Source of the DNA: an uncultured Flavobacterium sp. | GTDB taxonomy: Bacteria; Bacteroidota; Bacteroidia; Flavobacteriales; Flavobacteriaceae | Assembly: GCA_964420215.1 (NCBI GenBank) | Contig: CAYQSQ010000007.1 | Coordinates: 40,892-104,891 of the forward strand | Direction of reading: 5' to 3' | Length of the DNA stretch: 64,000 bases | Shown here: positions 37,537 through 48,152 of the stretch, in pieces | Layout of the letters: the number at the start of each line of letters is the position of its first letter | Position numbering within the stretch: position 1 is the stretch's first letter | Made by a program: the position numbers and the translations under genes | Notes under the pieces: model-generated | Database searches by the model: none | Told to the model about the DNA's origin: nothing | Seen by the model: the letters and a program-made list of their open reading frames with translations, nothing else

Positions 37537-40500
37537 ATGCATCAGTTTTTTATACAATCGCATCAGTTTATCCGTAAAAACCGTTTTATAGCTATCGGTA
37601 TAGCGGTCTTGTTTCTGGTTTTTACAGGATTTTTTGCCTCAAAAATTACTTTTGAAGAGGATATTACTCAGATTATCCCGAAATCTGAAAATTCAGATGT
37701 TACAGCTAAAGCACTCAAACAGCTTAATTTTTCGGACAAAATAACAGTAATTATTGAACGTAAAAAGGGAACTACTGACGAGCAATTTTCAGAAGTTGCA
37801 CAACAATTTTTGGATAGCGTACAACAATGTAATACCTATATAAAAGAGATACAAGGAGTTATTAATCAAGAAAATATACAAGAAACCTTTGATTTTGTAT
37901 ATCAAAACCTACACCTTTTTTTAGAAGATGCCGATTATCAAATTCTTGAAAACAAACTATCTAAAGATTCGATAGAGCAACAAATTCAAAAAAATTACCG
38001 ATCTTTAATATCACCCGCAGGTATTGTATCTCGGGATTTTATCATCAAAGATCCGTTAGGAGTATCGTTTATAGCACTCAAAAAATTACAACAACTTAAT
38101 ATTGGTGATGATTTTCAGCTCAAAAATGGATTTATAACCACCAAAGACGGCAACACTATTTTATTGTTTATCACGCCAACTTTATCGGGTACTGAAACTC
38201 AAAAAAGTACTTTGTTTGTTACCCAACTAAACAACATTAAGGATAATCTTAACAAAATCAATCAAAACAAAGCTACTGTTGATTATTTTGGATCGTCGTT
38301 TATAGCCGTTGCCAACGCAAAACAAATTAAAAGCGACATCCATTCGACCACTTTTATTTCGTTAAGTGTTTTGATGCTGTTGTTGATTTTGTTTTACAGA
38401 AAAATAACCATCCCAATTTTAATCTTTATACCACCACTTTTTGGGGCATTGTCGGGATTAATGGTGCTTTATTTTGTAAAAGATTCTATTTCGGCCATAT
38501 CGTTGAGTATAGGTGCTGTTTTGTTGGGAGTGACTATAGATTACTCTTTGCACATTTTAACGCATTTTAAGGCCAATTCTGATGTAAATAACCTGTATAA
38601 AGATATTACCAAGCCACTGATTATAAGTAGTGCGACAACGGCGATTGCATTTTTATGTTTGTTATTTGTCAATTCGGAGGCTTTAAAAGATTTAGGAATT
38701 TTTGCTGCCGTAAGTGTGATGGTTTCTGCGGTTATGGCGTTACTTTTTGTACCTCATTTATATCGACCACAAGCCATAAATCACAGGTCAACATTATTGG
38801 ATAAAGTAGCAGCTTTTTCGTATGATAAAAACAAGTTTGTCGTCGGGTTTGTTGTTGCATTAGTAGCGGTTAGTTTTGTGTATTATTCGTCTGTTTCGTA
38901 CAATAATAATTTATCCGATTTAAATTACATCCCCACCGAAATTAAACAAGCTGAAGCCAAATTAGAAGCCACCACCAACCTTACTTCAAAATCCATATAC
39001 ACGGTGGTTTATGGCGATAATTTAAATGAAGTAATGAGTCGTAATAATAATACATTCAGATATTTAACTTCAAAAAAAGAAAACAAAGAAATTTTAGGTT
39101 TTAGTTCAACAGGAGGATTGATTTTATCCGAAGCTACACAAACGCAACGTATTCAAAAATGGAACTCTTTTTGGGAAAACAAAAAAGAAAATGTACAAAA
39201 ATGGATTTCTGAAAGCAGCGCATCTATAGGTTTTAAACCCGATACACATCAAGCTTTTTACAACTTGGTTTCTGGCGATTTTAAAACTTTAGATTTAGCA
39301 GCTTATTCTCAAATAAAAGCCTTATCAATAAATGAATTTATTTCTCAAAAAGCTGGTTTTTACACCATCGTATCGGTTGTAAAAGTAGCACCCGAACAAC
39401 GCGAAAGTTTTATAAATGATTTCAAAAAACGAGAAAAAACGATTGTAATTGATCGCCAACAATTAAACGAAACCTTTCTTGGAAAACTAAAAGATGATTT
39501 TGCATTGCTGATTAACTATTCGTTGATAGCCATTTTTATGGTTTTATTTTTCTTTTTCAGAAGGTTAGAATTGGTTATCATTGGCGCTATTCCGATTGTA
39601 TTAACAGGTGTAGTGATTGCTGGTATAATGGGATTAACAGGTATTCAACTGAATGTATTTAGTACAATTGTTTGTACACTTATTTTTGGTCATGGTGTTG
39701 ATTTTACCATATTCATTACCAGTGCCTTACAAAAAGAACACACTTATGGTCACAACGAAATTAAAACGTATCGAGCATCTATATTTTTAGCGGTTTTAAC
39801 GACGGCTTTAGCAGTTGGGGTATTGATTTTTGCTAAACATCCCGCGTTACATTCGGTGTCATTGGTTTCTTTAATTGGGATTTTTACTGCAGTTTTAATT
39901 ACAATAGTATTGTTTCCTATTTTGTATCGAATAGGTATTACAAACCGACCCAAAAAAGGAAAATTTCCAATAACATTAAGGTTGCTAATTCATTCTACGC
40001 TATCGTTTCTTTATTACGGCTTGGGTGGGATATTTTTATCGGTTTTTGGACAATTACTTTTAAAACTAGCTCCCGTTAAAAAAGAAACCAAAATGAAATG
40101 GTTCAGACAAACGATGTCTTTATTTATGAAATCGGTATTGTACACCAATCCATTTGTTTGTAAAAGGGTTCTTAACGAAAACAAGGAAAACTTTGACAAA
40201 CCAGCCGTAATCATTTCTAACCACACCTCATTTTTAGACACATTAGCAGTTGGGATGCTCAGTCCTAAAATTATTTTTTTAGTAAATGATTGGGTGTATA
40301 ACTCACCTGTTTTTGGAGGAGCCGTTCGATTGGCAGGATTTTATCCTGTTTCTCAAGGGTTAGAAGGCGGCGTGGAGCATCTTCGAAAAAAAGTAGAAGA
40401 AGGTTACTCTTTAATGGTTTTTCCTGAAGGGCAACGCTCTTGGGATAATGATATAAAACGTTTCCATAAAGGTGCCTTTTATTTGGCGGAACAATTAAAT

Positions 40501-41199
40501 TTAGATGTTTTACCCGTTTATATCCACGGTAATTCGGAAACTTTACCCAAAGGCGATCACATCATTTACGACGAACAAATCACCGTAAAAATAGGACAAC
40601 GCATCGCGATTAATGATACTTCCTTCGGAAATCAATATGCAGAAAGAACCAAAAAGATTAGCCGTTATTTTAAACAAGAATTTGCACAATTACGACTGTT
40701 GGTTGAAGATGAAAATTATTTTAAAAGAAAATTAATAGATTCTTTTTTATATAAAGACCACGATATTTATCAGTACATCGTTACGGATTTTAAAAACCAT
40801 AAATCAGTGTATCATGCGATAAACAAATGGATACCGAAAGAAGCAAAAATTACTTGTTTAACCAACGATTACGGTCAATTATCGGTTTTATTAGCGTTGC
40901 AAGAATCCCGAAGAAAAATAAAGTCTTATATTTCAAATCCCGAAAACAGAGCCGTGGCAGCCCACGGATATTGGGTGCAAAAAAGGCATTTAACATATAC
41001 CGATACATTATCGGAATCCTTTGATTTAAGTAGCATTTTGGTAATTAATCAGGAGGATTTAACAACAATAGAGGCTTTACCATTAGAAAACATCACAACC
41101 ATAATATTGATGTATCGTTTTGAATTACAGCAACAATTGGTTGAATTAGGGTATCAAATTATAGGAGAAGAAAACAGTCTTTTGATTTTAAAAAAATAG
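37537..41199 (+). CDS. MMPL/RND exporter fused to a PlsC-type acyltransferase and a degenerate methyltransferase-like domain
   Basis: Two MMPL halves (GVTIDYSLH, GHGVDFTIF), NHTSFLD, FPEGQRS. Confidence 0.88.
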   Translation: MHQFFIQSHQFIRKNRFIAIGIAVLFLVFTGFFASKITFEEDITQIIPKSENSDVTAKALKQLNFSDKITVIIERKKGTTDEQFSEVAQQFLDSVQQCNTYIKEIQGVINQENIQETFDFVYQNLHLFLEDADYQILENKLSKDSIEQQIQKNYRSLISPAGIVSRDFIIKDPLGVSFIALKKLQQLNIGDDFQLKNGFITTKDGNTILLFITPTLSGTETQKSTLFVTQLNNIKDNLNKINQNKATVDYFGSSFIAVANAKQIKSDIHSTTFISLSVLMLLLILFYRKITIPILIFIPPLFGALSGLMVLYFVKDSISAISLSIGAVLLGVTIDYSLHILTHFKANSDVNNLYKDITKPLIISSATTAIAFLCLLFVNSEALKDLGIFAAVSVMVSAVMALLFVPHLYRPQAINHRSTLLDKVAAFSYDKNKFVVGFVVALVAVSFVYYSSVSYNNNLSDLNYIPTEIKQAEAKLEATTNLTSKSIYTVVYGDNLNEVMSRNNNTFRYLTSKKENKEILGFSSTGGLILSEATQTQRIQKWNSFWENKKENVQKWISESSASIGFKPDTHQAFYNLVSGDFKTLDLAAYSQIKALSINEFISQKAGFYTIVSVVKVAPEQRESFINDFKKREKTIVIDRQQLNETFLGKLKDDFALLINYSLIAIFMVLFFFFRRLELVIIGAIPIVLTGVVIAGIMGLTGIQLNVFSTIVCTLIFGHGVDFTIFITSALQKEHTYGHNEIKTYRASIFLAVLTTALAVGVLIFAKHPALHSVSLVSLIGIFTAVLITIVLFPILYRIGITNRPKKGKFPITLRLLIHSTLSFLYYGLGGIFLSVFGQLLLKLAPVKKETKMKWFRQTMSLFMKSVLYTNPFVCKRVLNENKENFDKPAVIISNHTSFLDTLAVGMLSPKIIFLVNDWVYNSPVFGGAVRLAGFYPVSQGLEGGVEHLRKKVEEGYSLMVFPEGQRSWDNDIKRFHKGAFYLAEQLNLDVLPVYIHGNSETLPKGDHIIYDEQITVKIGQRIAINDTSFGNQYAERTKKISRYFKQEFAQLRLLVEDENYFKRKLIDSFLYKDHDIYQYIVTDFKNHKSVYHAINKWIPKEAKITCLTNDYGQLSVLLALQESRRKIKSYISNPENRAVAAHGYWVQKRHLTYTDTLSESFDLSSILVINQEDLTTIEALPLENITTIILMYRFELQQQLVELGYQIIGEENSLLILKK

Positions 41200-41204
41200 G
41201 AGAG

Positions 41205-42719
41205 ATGCAAAATAAATATGATGTAGTAATAGTCGGTAGCGGTATGGGAGGTTTAGTCTCTGCTGTAATTTTGGCTAAAGAAGGAAAAAAAGTTTGTGTT
41301 TTAGAGAAAAACAACCAATACGGCGGTAATTTACAAACCTTCGTACGTGAAAAACACATTTTTGACACAGGAGTACATTACATAGGCGCTTTAGCCGAAG
41401 GGCAAAATCTAAATCGGTATTTTAAATACTTAGGTATAATGGATGATTTGCGTTTGCAAAAATTAGATACCGATGCCTTTGATTTGATTTCATTTGAAGG
41501 AGATCCTAATAATTATCCACACGCACAAGGTTATGCTAATTTTGTAAAACAATTGGCGGTTTATTTTCCTGAAGAAGAAGAAGTATTAAAAGCCTATTGC
41601 GAAAAAATAAAATTTACCTGTGATTCCTTTCCGTTGTATAATTTAAGAGAAGGCGAAGGGTACCAAAATGAAATTTTATCCATTAACGCCAAAAAATATT
41701 TAGACGAATTAACCAATAACGAAAAGTTAAAAGGCGTTTTGGTCGGAACCAATTTTTTGTATGCAGGAGAAGAAAAAACACCTTTATACGTACACGCTTT
41801 ATCCATTAATTCGTACATCGAAAGCGCTTGGCGATGCATTAACGGCGGAAGTCAAATCACGAAACAATTAATCAAACAGTTTCGGAAATACGGCGGTGAA
41901 ATATACAAACATAGTGAGGTTGTTGGTTTTGAGTGTCAGGATAACAAAATAACATCCGCACAAGTCAAAAATGGATCGGTATATTATGCAGATACATTTA
42001 TCTCTAATATGGAACCCAAAATCACGTTGCGATTGGTGGGGCAAGAGCATTTCCGAAAATCGTTTTATAAACGCGTTCAAGCTTTAGAGGTAATGCCTTC
42101 TTCGTTTAGCTTGTATATTATTTTTAAACCCGAAACATTCAAATATTGTAATCATAATTTTTATCATTTTAGTGATCATAACAGAGTTTGGGAAGCCAGT
42201 AAATACACCCCCGAATCTTGGCCAGAAGCCTTTATGGCATCCATGAATGTTTCAGACGAACAACAAGTTTGGGCAGAAAGCATGACCGCAATCACCTATA
42301 TGAATTATGACGAAGTACAACAGTGGGAAAACACCCATAACACAGTAGCCGAAAAAGAAGATAGGGGAGTTGATTACGAAGCTTTTAAAGACGCCAAAAC
42401 AGAAATTTTCTTACAAAAATTAGAACAAAAATTCCCAAATATACGAGCGTCTATCCAATCAATATATACCGCAACACCGTTATCATATCGCGATTATATT
42501 GGTGTGCACCGCGGTAATTTATACGGATATATCAAAGATTCAGATAGTCCAATGAAAACATTTATCCCCACAAAAACCAAACTAGATAACCTTTACCTTA
42601 CAGGACAAAGTGTTAATATGCACGGTATATTGGGCGTGACCATCGGAGCAGTTGTAACCTGTGCTGAGATTGTAGGTAAAGATTATTTAATTGATAAAAT
42701 AATTAAGAGTTGTGAGTGA
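41205..42719 (+). CDS. Phytoene desaturase/retinol saturase-family FAD oxidoreductase
   Basis: VGSGMGG, GGNLQTF, FDTGVHYIG, TPLSYRDY, LTGQ...HG. Confidence 0.88.
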   Translation: MQNKYDVVIVGSGMGGLVSAVILAKEGKKVCVLEKNNQYGGNLQTFVREKHIFDTGVHYIGALAEGQNLNRYFKYLGIMDDLRLQKLDTDAFDLISFEGDPNNYPHAQGYANFVKQLAVYFPEEEEVLKAYCEKIKFTCDSFPLYNLREGEGYQNEILSINAKKYLDELTNNEKLKGVLVGTNFLYAGEEKTPLYVHALSINSYIESAWRCINGGSQITKQLIKQFRKYGGEIYKHSEVVGFECQDNKITSAQVKNGSVYYADTFISNMEPKITLRLVGQEHFRKSFYKRVQALEVMPSSFSLYIIFKPETFKYCNHNFYHFSDHNRVWEASKYTPESWPEAFMASMNVSDEQQVWAESMTAITYMNYDEVQQWENTHNTVAEKEDRGVDYEAFKDAKTEIFLQKLEQKFPNIRASIQSIYTATPLSYRDYIGVHRGNLYGYIKDSDSPMKTFIPTKTKLDNLYLTGQSVNMHGILGVTIGAVVTCAEIVGKDYLIDKIIKSCE

Positions 42720-42843
42720 TGCTAAAAACAGTGAAAAAAACATCAATAATTTGATCTAAAAAAGCTGTTTTTTGCCAAAGATCGGGTGATATTGAGAAGA
42801 AAAAAAATAAATTTAAAAACTGACATAGAGAATCTTTTTTTAT

Positions 42844-45800
42844 ATGGAATTAAAAATCTTGAAACCACGAAAGGCAATAAACAAAGCCTTTTTAAAAATA
42901 AAACCGAACAGAACGGAAATTGAAAATTTCAAGACAAATTTGATTCAACTTCTCGACCGAACAAATGATACTGAATCCGAGGAGTTTCATAAAAACTTAG
43001 TAATTGACTTTCTAAAAAAAACATATTACGAGCCAAATCATTTCGTAAATACAAAAGGAAGAAATGACCTTGTAATACACAATGGAAATAAAGCTAAAAG
43101 TACAGTTGGGGTAATCATAGAGGCAAAAAAAACAACCAACAAGGCGGAAATGCTGTCTGAAAGCAAAATCAATGTTAAAGCATTTCATGAATTGGTTCTC
43201 TACTATTTAAGAGAACGAATCACACATAAAAATCTCGAAATAAGACATTTAGTTGCCACCAACATAAACGAATGGTTTATTTTTGACGCGACCCTATTTG
43301 ACAGGCTTTTTGCCCAAAACAAAAATATCGTAAAACAATTCATCGACTTTGAAGGCGGACGATTGGCAGACACCAAAACCGAATTTTTCTACAAACAAAT
43401 TGCAGAGCCTTACATTGCCGACATCAAAACAGAAATTGAATTTACCTACTTCGATTTACAGGAATATCAAAAACCACTTCGTAAAGGCAATCCAAAAGAC
43501 GACAGAAAACTTATTTCGCTTTTTAAGTTACTCTCACCAGAACATTTATTAAAACTACCCTTTGCAAATGACAGCAACAGCCTTGACAAAAGGTTTTACA
43601 GCGAATTATTACACATCATTGGTTTAACAGAAACCAAGGAAGGAAATAAAAAATTAATTGAACGACACAAAGAAGGCAAAAGAAATTCAGGAAGTATTCT
43701 TGAAGATGCAATCATTCAGCTCGATAGCTTAGACAAAATAAACCGATTAGACCAACCAAGCCAATTTGGAAACAATACACAAGAGCGCTTATTTAATGTA
43801 GGACTTGAATTGAGTATAACTTGGATAAACCGAATTTTGTTTCTCAAATTGTTGGAAGCCCAACTTATCACGTATCACAAGGGTGACAAATCATATTCGT
43901 TTTTAAATTCAGCCAAAATCAAAAACTACGACGACCTAAACAGTTTGTTTTTTCAGGTGTTAGCTCGTAAGTATGACAACAGAAACCAAGATGTAAAAAA
44001 AGCATTTGAAAAAGTACCTTATTTAAATAGTTCACTATTTGAACCGAGTGAAATCGAGCAAGTAACATTATTCATCAGTAATTTAAAAGATGATAAAACA
44101 ATCCCCGTTTTATCATCAACCATTCTCAAAAACGACCAAGGCAAAAAACGGACAGGAAATATAACAACCTTAGCCTATTTATTTGATTTTCTAAATGCTT
44201 ACGACTTTAGTAGTGAGGGTAAAGAAGAAATTCAAGAAGATAATAAATCACTCATAAACGCATCTGTTCTGGGTTTAATTTTCGAGAAAATAAACGGCTA
44301 CAAAGACGGTTCATTTTTTACACCAGGTTTCATCACCATGTATATGTGTCGTGAAACCATTCGTAAATCGGTAGTTCTAAAATTCAATGAAACAAAAAAG
44401 TGGAATTGTACAACCATTGATGAACTTTACGATAAAATTGAAGACCGACAAGAGGCAAACAACATAATTAATAGTTTAAAAATTTGTGATCCAGCAGTGG
44501 GTTCAGGTCATTTTTTAGTTTCAGCACTCAATGAAATGATTGCAGTAAAAAATGATTTGAAAATATTACAAGACCGCACAGGAAAGCGACTTAAAGAATA
44601 TGATTTTGAAGTTGTTAATGACGAACTGATTGTAACAGATGAAGATGGAGAACTGTTTGAATACAATCCAACAAACAAAGAAAGTCAACGCATACAAGAA
44701 ACCCTTTTTCACGAAAAGCAAACCATAATTGAAAATTGCCTTTTCGGTGTTGACATCAATACCAACTCGGTAAAAATTTGCCGTTTGCGTTTGTGGATTG
44801 AGCTACTTAAAAATGCCTATTACAAAAACGCCACAGAATTAGAAACACTCCCAAATATTGACATCAATATAAAATGCGGCAACTCATTAGTGAGCCGTTT
44901 TGCCATTGATGCCGATTTGAAACAAGCTTTAAAGAACTCAAAAATAACCATTGCCGATTACAAAAATGCAGTAAAAACTTACCAAAACGCTACCTCAAAA
45001 GAGCAGAAACGGGATATGGAAGATTTAATCTTGAAAATAAAACAAGGTTTTACCTCTGAAATAAGATTAAACGACCCATTACGTACAAAACTTCAAAAAT
45101 TATCCCATGAACTATACCATAGATTTACAGGCACTTTTTTATTTGAATCCGAAACTCCATACGGCAAATCAGAAAAAGAATTAGAAAAAAAACGACAAGT
45201 CGAAAAAGAAAAACTAGAAAAAGAAATTGACAAAATCGAAAAGCATTTTGAAGAAATAAAAAATAACCAAATATTTCAAAATGCTTTTGAATGGCGTTTC
45301 GAGTTTCCTGAAGTACTTAATGATGATGGTGATTTTGTGGGCTTTGATGTTGTTATTGGAAATCCGCCGTATATTCTTGTTCAAACTTTAGGTGACCAAA
45401 ATATATTCAATTATTATAGTCAAACTTTTAAAACAGCAACCTATAAAATTGACACTTACGCACTGTTTTATGAATTAGGAACAAGTCTTTTATCAACTAA
45501 TTCTTTACTCTGCTTTATAACTCCGAACACTTTTTTGAAGAACAAACATTCAAAAGAATTACGTCAATTAATACTTTCTAATTCCTTAGTTGAAATCATC
45601 AATTTTTACACTCAGGTATTTGAAGATGCTTCAGTTGATACTTTAATTCTTATGTTGTCGAAAAACAATCAACCAAATTCAAATAATAGTTTTGTTTTTT
45701 CCGCTTATCGAAAAAATGTCTTTGACTTATTTGAAACAGAAAAGGTTTACCATTTGCAAGGCGACTTCATAAAAGGTAATTATGAACTAGAACTTGATAT

Positions 45801-46479
45801 TGATGCAAGCTCAAGAAAATTGCTCACAAAGATTGAATTTAACACGAAGCCTTTGAGCTTTTATGGAAGGTCTTATTTTGGAATTCAAACGTTTGACAGA
45901 AATGAATTTGTAAGTAAAACTAAAATTGATGAGAACTATTATCCTGTAATTGATGGTGGTAATGTTAAACGATACAGATATGAACCAAATACGGAATTTG
46001 TTTCTTTCAAAAAGGAATCAATAAAAAGTGGAGGCGACCCATCAGTGTATAAAAAACATAGGATTGTAGTCAGACAAATTGGTGTTTTCCCAGAAGGGAC
46101 AATAGTTGAACCTAATATTATGACTTTAAATACCATTTACAATATCTATTTGCATAATGAAGATATTCATAGACTTTGCTTTTTACTTTCATTAATAAAC
46201 TCCAAGTTATTTCAATTCTATTGGCTAAAAAAACATTATGATAATAAAGCCACATTTCCAAAGATTAAGAAAGAGCCAATTGAGAGTTTTCCAATAAGGG
46301 ATGCAGACACTGAAACCATAAAGAAACACTCAGAATTAGTTTTAGAGATTTTAGCTAAAAAATCGCAGGACAATTCAGCAGAAACAAAAGATTCAGAAAA
46401 CGAAATTGACCAATTGGTTTACCAGCTCTACGAATTGACCGCAGAAGAAATTAAAATAATAGAAGAGGCTACAGCATAA
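42844..46479 (+). CDS. Type IIG single-chain restriction-modification enzyme (Eco57I/TaqI-C-like)
   Basis: N-terminal PD-(D/E)xK-like NDL...EAK, motif I DPAVGSGHF (44488-44514), motif IV GNPPY (45358-45372), C-terminal TRD and LYELTAEEIKII tail. Confidence 0.92.
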   Translation: MELKILKPRKAINKAFLKIKPNRTEIENFKTNLIQLLDRTNDTESEEFHKNLVIDFLKKTYYEPNHFVNTKGRNDLVIHNGNKAKSTVGVIIEAKKTTNKAEMLSESKINVKAFHELVLYYLRERITHKNLEIRHLVATNINEWFIFDATLFDRLFAQNKNIVKQFIDFEGGRLADTKTEFFYKQIAEPYIADIKTEIEFTYFDLQEYQKPLRKGNPKDDRKLISLFKLLSPEHLLKLPFANDSNSLDKRFYSELLHIIGLTETKEGNKKLIERHKEGKRNSGSILEDAIIQLDSLDKINRLDQPSQFGNNTQERLFNVGLELSITWINRILFLKLLEAQLITYHKGDKSYSFLNSAKIKNYDDLNSLFFQVLARKYDNRNQDVKKAFEKVPYLNSSLFEPSEIEQVTLFISNLKDDKTIPVLSSTILKNDQGKKRTGNITTLAYLFDFLNAYDFSSEGKEEIQEDNKSLINASVLGLIFEKINGYKDGSFFTPGFITMYMCRETIRKSVVLKFNETKKWNCTTIDELYDKIEDRQEANNIINSLKICDPAVGSGHFLVSALNEMIAVKNDLKILQDRTGKRLKEYDFEVVNDELIVTDEDGELFEYNPTNKESQRIQETLFHEKQTIIENCLFGVDINTNSVKICRLRLWIELLKNAYYKNATELETLPNIDINIKCGNSLVSRFAIDADLKQALKNSKITIADYKNAVKTYQNATSKEQKRDMEDLILKIKQGFTSEIRLNDPLRTKLQKLSHELYHRFTGTFLFESETPYGKSEKELEKKRQVEKEKLEKEIDKIEKHFEEIKNNQIFQNAFEWRFEFPEVLNDDGDFVGFDVVIGNPPYILVQTLGDQNIFNYYSQTFKTATYKIDTYALFYELGTSLLSTNSLLCFITPNTFLKNKHSKELRQLILSNSLVEIINFYTQVFEDASVDTLILMLSKNNQPNSNNSFVFSAYRKNVFDLFETEKVYHLQGDFIKGNYELELDIDASSRKLLTKIEFNTKPLSFYGRSYFGIQTFDRNEFVSKTKIDENYYPVIDGGNVKRYRYEPNTEFVSFKKESIKSGGDPSVYKKHRIVVRQIGVFPEGTIVEPNIMTLNTIYNIYLHNEDIHRLCFLLSLINSKLFQFYWLKKHYDNKATFPKIKKEPIESFPIRDADTETIKKHSELVLEILAKKSQDNSAETKDSENEIDQLVYQLYELTAEEIKIIEEATA

Positions 46480-46489
46480 ACCCAATACT

Positions 46490-48151
46490 TTGAATCAAAC
46501 TTTTAAAATACTGATCTGTTTATTCGTACTTCTGAGTATATCATGTGCTTCAACCAAACAAGCGAGTAGGCCACCTGATTTAACGCAAGTTGAAACGGTG
46601 GTGCCAAAAGTGATTAAACATTCAGATACATTACGTACCGCAGGATCTAATTTTTTGGTAAAAAACCAACAAGGTTTGTGGGAATTATATGTAGAAGGAA
46701 ATGCCTATCAAAGAGGTTTATTAATCGGAGGTTTAACCCAGGATTTGTATCAAAAACAAGAACGTGTCTTTTTTTATAAAATAGAAGAAATCGTTCCTTC
46801 TAAATTTAAACAAAAACTATTACGTGGTTTTTTAAAATTGTATAACCGAAACCTGCATCAACACATTACCGACGAATACCGAACTGAAATTTACGGATTG
46901 TCACAATATGCCTCAACCGAACACGATTTTATAGCGCCTACTTATTTAAGAAGTTTATACTTACACGGCGCGCACGACATTGGGCACGCTTTACAGGATT
47001 TGGCTTTGGTGGGTTGCTCATCCGTGGCTGTTTGGGGAGATAAAACCAAAGATGGCAAATTGTTGATCGGGCGTAATTTTGATTTTTATGCCGGAGACGC
47101 GTTCGCCAAAGACAAAATCATCGCTTTTATCCGACCGGATCAAGGTCATCCTTTTATGATGGTAACTTGGGGCGGCATGATTGGCGCCGTATCAGGTATG
47201 AATTTAGAAGGGTTAACGGTAACTATTAATGCGGGTAAATCCAAAATACCTTTGCAAGCGAAAACCCCAATATCAATCCTCGCTCGTGAGATTTTACAAT
47301 ATGCAAGTACCATTGATGAAGCTATTGCGATTGCTAAAAAAAGAGACGTATTTGTTTCGGAATCTATTATGGTCGGGAGTGCCAAAGACAAAAAAGCGAT
47401 TTTGATTGAGGTTTCGCCTAAAAACTTTGGGGTATATGATGTACCAAATTCCGAAGCATTGATTTGCACTAATCATTTTCAGAGTCAAGCCTATCAAAAT
47501 GACAAAAAAAACACCCAACACAAAAACGAAAGTCATTCGTTATACCGCCATTTGCGATTGCAGGAATTACTTTCTGAAAATCAAAAAATGACACCAACCC
47601 AAATGGTTGCTGTTTTACGAGAAAAAGAAGGTATTGATGATCGAAAAATTGGTTATGGAAACGAAAAAGCGTTAAATCAATTATTGGCACATCACGGGAT
47701 TGTTTTTAGTCCTGAAAATAAAAAAGTATGGATATCAACCCATCCGTACCAATTAGGCGCGTTTGTGGCATATGATTTAGATATGGTTTTTAATATAAAA
47801 AGAAGCGCTCCTGAATTGTTAAACGATACCGAATTAATAATCGCAGAGGATTCATTTGTTCATTCAAAAACGTATCAAGATTACGAACGCTACCGTATAT
47901 TAGACCGCGAAATAGATTCTAAATTAAATGAAAAAGCATTAATTTCAGAAGAATTAATAACAAGATATCAAGCATTAAATCCCGAGTTGTGGATCGTGTA
48001 TTATAAAATAGGTCAGTATTATTATGACCATAAAAATTACGATGCTGCTCGAGTGCAATTTGAAATAGCCCAAAGTAAAGAAGTAACGACAGTGCTCGAT
48101 CAACAAGCGATTACTCGTTATTTATCAAAAATCAAAAAAAAGAGGAACTAA
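46490..48151 (+). CDS. C45-family Ntn-hydrolase/acyltransferase lipoprotein
   Basis: Lipobox ISC, LVGCSS autoproteolytic Cys, GRNFDF, TNHF; TTG start. Confidence 0.87.
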   Translation: MNQTFKILICLFVLLSISCASTKQASRPPDLTQVETVVPKVIKHSDTLRTAGSNFLVKNQQGLWELYVEGNAYQRGLLIGGLTQDLYQKQERVFFYKIEEIVPSKFKQKLLRGFLKLYNRNLHQHITDEYRTEIYGLSQYASTEHDFIAPTYLRSLYLHGAHDIGHALQDLALVGCSSVAVWGDKTKDGKLLIGRNFDFYAGDAFAKDKIIAFIRPDQGHPFMMVTWGGMIGAVSGMNLEGLTVTINAGKSKIPLQAKTPISILAREILQYASTIDEAIAIAKKRDVFVSESIMVGSAKDKKAILIEVSPKNFGVYDVPNSEALICTNHFQSQAYQNDKKNTQHKNESHSLYRHLRLQELLSENQKMTPTQMVAVLREKEGIDDRKIGYGNEKALNQLLAHHGIVFSPENKKVWISTHPYQLGAFVAYDLDMVFNIKRSAPELLNDTELIIAEDSFVHSKTYQDYERYRILDREIDSKLNEKALISEELITRYQALNPELWIVYYKIGQYYYDHKNYDAARVQFEIAQSKEVTTVLDQQAITRYLSKIKKKRN

Positions 48152-48152
48152 T

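Noticed and set aside
41205-42719. Carotenoid biosynthesis locus
   Set aside because: No crtE/crtB/crtY in the window; the gene is embedded in the aryl polyene cluster
42695-46467. Imperfect direct repeat (taaaataat-taagag at 42695 vs taaaataat-agaagag at 46452) as target duplication of the RM insertion
   Set aside because: A 9-bp AT-only match is expected by chance here, and both copies encode ordinary KII ends; only an empty-site comparison could support it
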